Shown: positions 62,621-64,000 of the stretch, in pieces
How positions within the stretch are numbered: the stretch's first letter is position 1
How the letters are laid out: every line of letters starts with the position of its first letter
NCBI RefSeq assembly: GCF_009834535.1
Contig: NC_045696.1
Span: 12,340,001-12,404,000 of the forward strand
Source: Camelus ferus
Taxonomy: Eukaryota
Length of the DNA: 64,000 nucleotides
Direction of reading: 5' to 3'
Position numbers and translations under genes: made by a program
Notes under the pieces: generated by a model
The model's input: the letters and a program-made list of their open reading frames with translations, nothing else
The model's database searches: none
What the model was told of the DNA's origin: nothing

Positions 62621-64000
62621 TTACTGTTGCTGTTATTATTTTATTATTAAAATATTTTAACAAGCTATGTTCCAAGTCAGTTACTTCATATAGCATACAA
62701 TCGATTTATATAGTATAATATAAAAACCCCTTTTAGTATCAGTGAAAACAACATATACCTTAATTTGGAGGCCAGGAGCAACCCCTAGATAAATTCATGC
62801 CTTTTTTGTAGCAACTTGTTCTTTTTAATTAAAAAAAAAAATTTCTTAGTCTTTCCCTGCAAAGGTCTTCTGATCGAGGTATATACGTTATTATGCAACT
62901 GAAGAAGCTGGGCCACTTGGAAGTTTAGTGATTTGACTGCCAACGTGGAGTTAGTGGAAGATAAACTCCCACTAGAATCCAGTCTTCTCCTCCAAGCTTG
63001 GCTCACGGATCTCAACTGAACTGACCTTACTCCTTTCTTTGCTTTGATGATCATATACAGTTTGATTGGAAAGTTACACTATAATTTCACAGTGATTGCA
63101 TGCCCCTGAAGATCATTTTGTAAGTAAATGTTTTGAAACCAAAGATAATCATTGTAATACAATCATAACCCTTTTTCTTGTGCCATAATCTCCGCTAAGA
63201 ATTTAACCAAGTTAAAGTTACACTGCAGAGTCTCAGTAGCCGGCTCTGGGCTCCGTTCTACAATTCTGGGACTCCAATTCCGTCAGGCTGTCTGGAGATG
63301 AATGACTGTTTTCTGGCCTCTGGGATAACCTCTATCCCCTCCACTGAAGCACAAATACAAAGAAAGCTGCCACAGAGCTCTCAATACGAGCGCTCTCAAA
63401 CAGAACACGCTAGGATGAATCAGAACAAGAGCCTTGCGTAATATTTCGTTCAAAAGTGGAACATCCTGTCCAGAAGCTCTGAAATGTGCTCTTGATATCT
63501 GGGCATACCAAAGATCCTCTTCTCTTTTTAGAAACTTCCTAATTGCTTGGCCACATTGTCTCCAGGAATGTTTCCAGGTTTGAGAATACTCTAGTTTGGT
63601 AGCTCAGAGCTTCCTCTACTTAATAACTCTAGAGGGTAGCTCATAAGTGTGGCTTCCTTGGTTCTCTATTGAAAATTAAAGCAATGAACTGCAGAACTGG
63701 ATAATAGAGACCCTTCTTCTAGGTAGTCTACCTTTCCTGCATTTTCACCTCTACCTGAAATTTTTATAAAGTGTGCTAAAAATTTAGATTACACCCATTT
63801 ATAGACCTACAGAGTGAAGACGAGACTCTTCATCTGTGAGATTACCCTGCTGGCTCGTAAGTCCCAGAGTCAAGAGCAGGAGAAGCATCTTGACAGTCAC
63901 ATCCGCCTTTGGCATTTGACAATAAATTGTATTTATCAGCTACCACTTTTCTGGGCTCACAAGATAAAACCTGACCGTTTTTAAGATAATACAAAAAGGG

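Noticed and set aside
1..64000. TE strand bias as evidence for a host gene orientation
   Set aside because: LTRs lean to the minus strand but L1s, including the full-length copy, lean to plus; the signal is inconsistent and the sample small.

Overview
This is mammalian, AT-rich, repeat-dense non-coding DNA (intergenic or deep intronic). I found no recognisable intact host protein-coding gene, RNA gene or CRISPR array. The L1 3' ends (…ctgtacaccagaaattgacacaacattgtaaactgactatacttcaa) and the apparent absence of Alu, rodent B1/B2, Bov-A/BovB, PRE-1 and CHR-2 SINEs suggest a camelid; this is an inference. The window holds one full-length but dead ~7 kb LINE-1 (48094-55117), many truncated L1 3' ends, MaLR/ERVL/ERV1 solo LTRs, an LTR16-type ERVL remnant with a decayed dUTPase, hAT MITEs (MER5/MER20/MER58), MIR and L2. 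Repeat family names are from memory and need RepeatMasker/Dfam confirmation. The most unusual signals are: (i) a patchwork templated insertion with perfect 20-bp inverted ends inside an L1, partly copied from ~1 kb upstream; (ii) a 190-bp mRNA-3'UTR-like fragment inserted into another L1; (iii) a perfect 20-bp-arm hairpin; (iv) an RFX X-box next to a forkhead motif and several other CpG-retaining enhancer-like patches. I see no convincing evidence for a new biological system.
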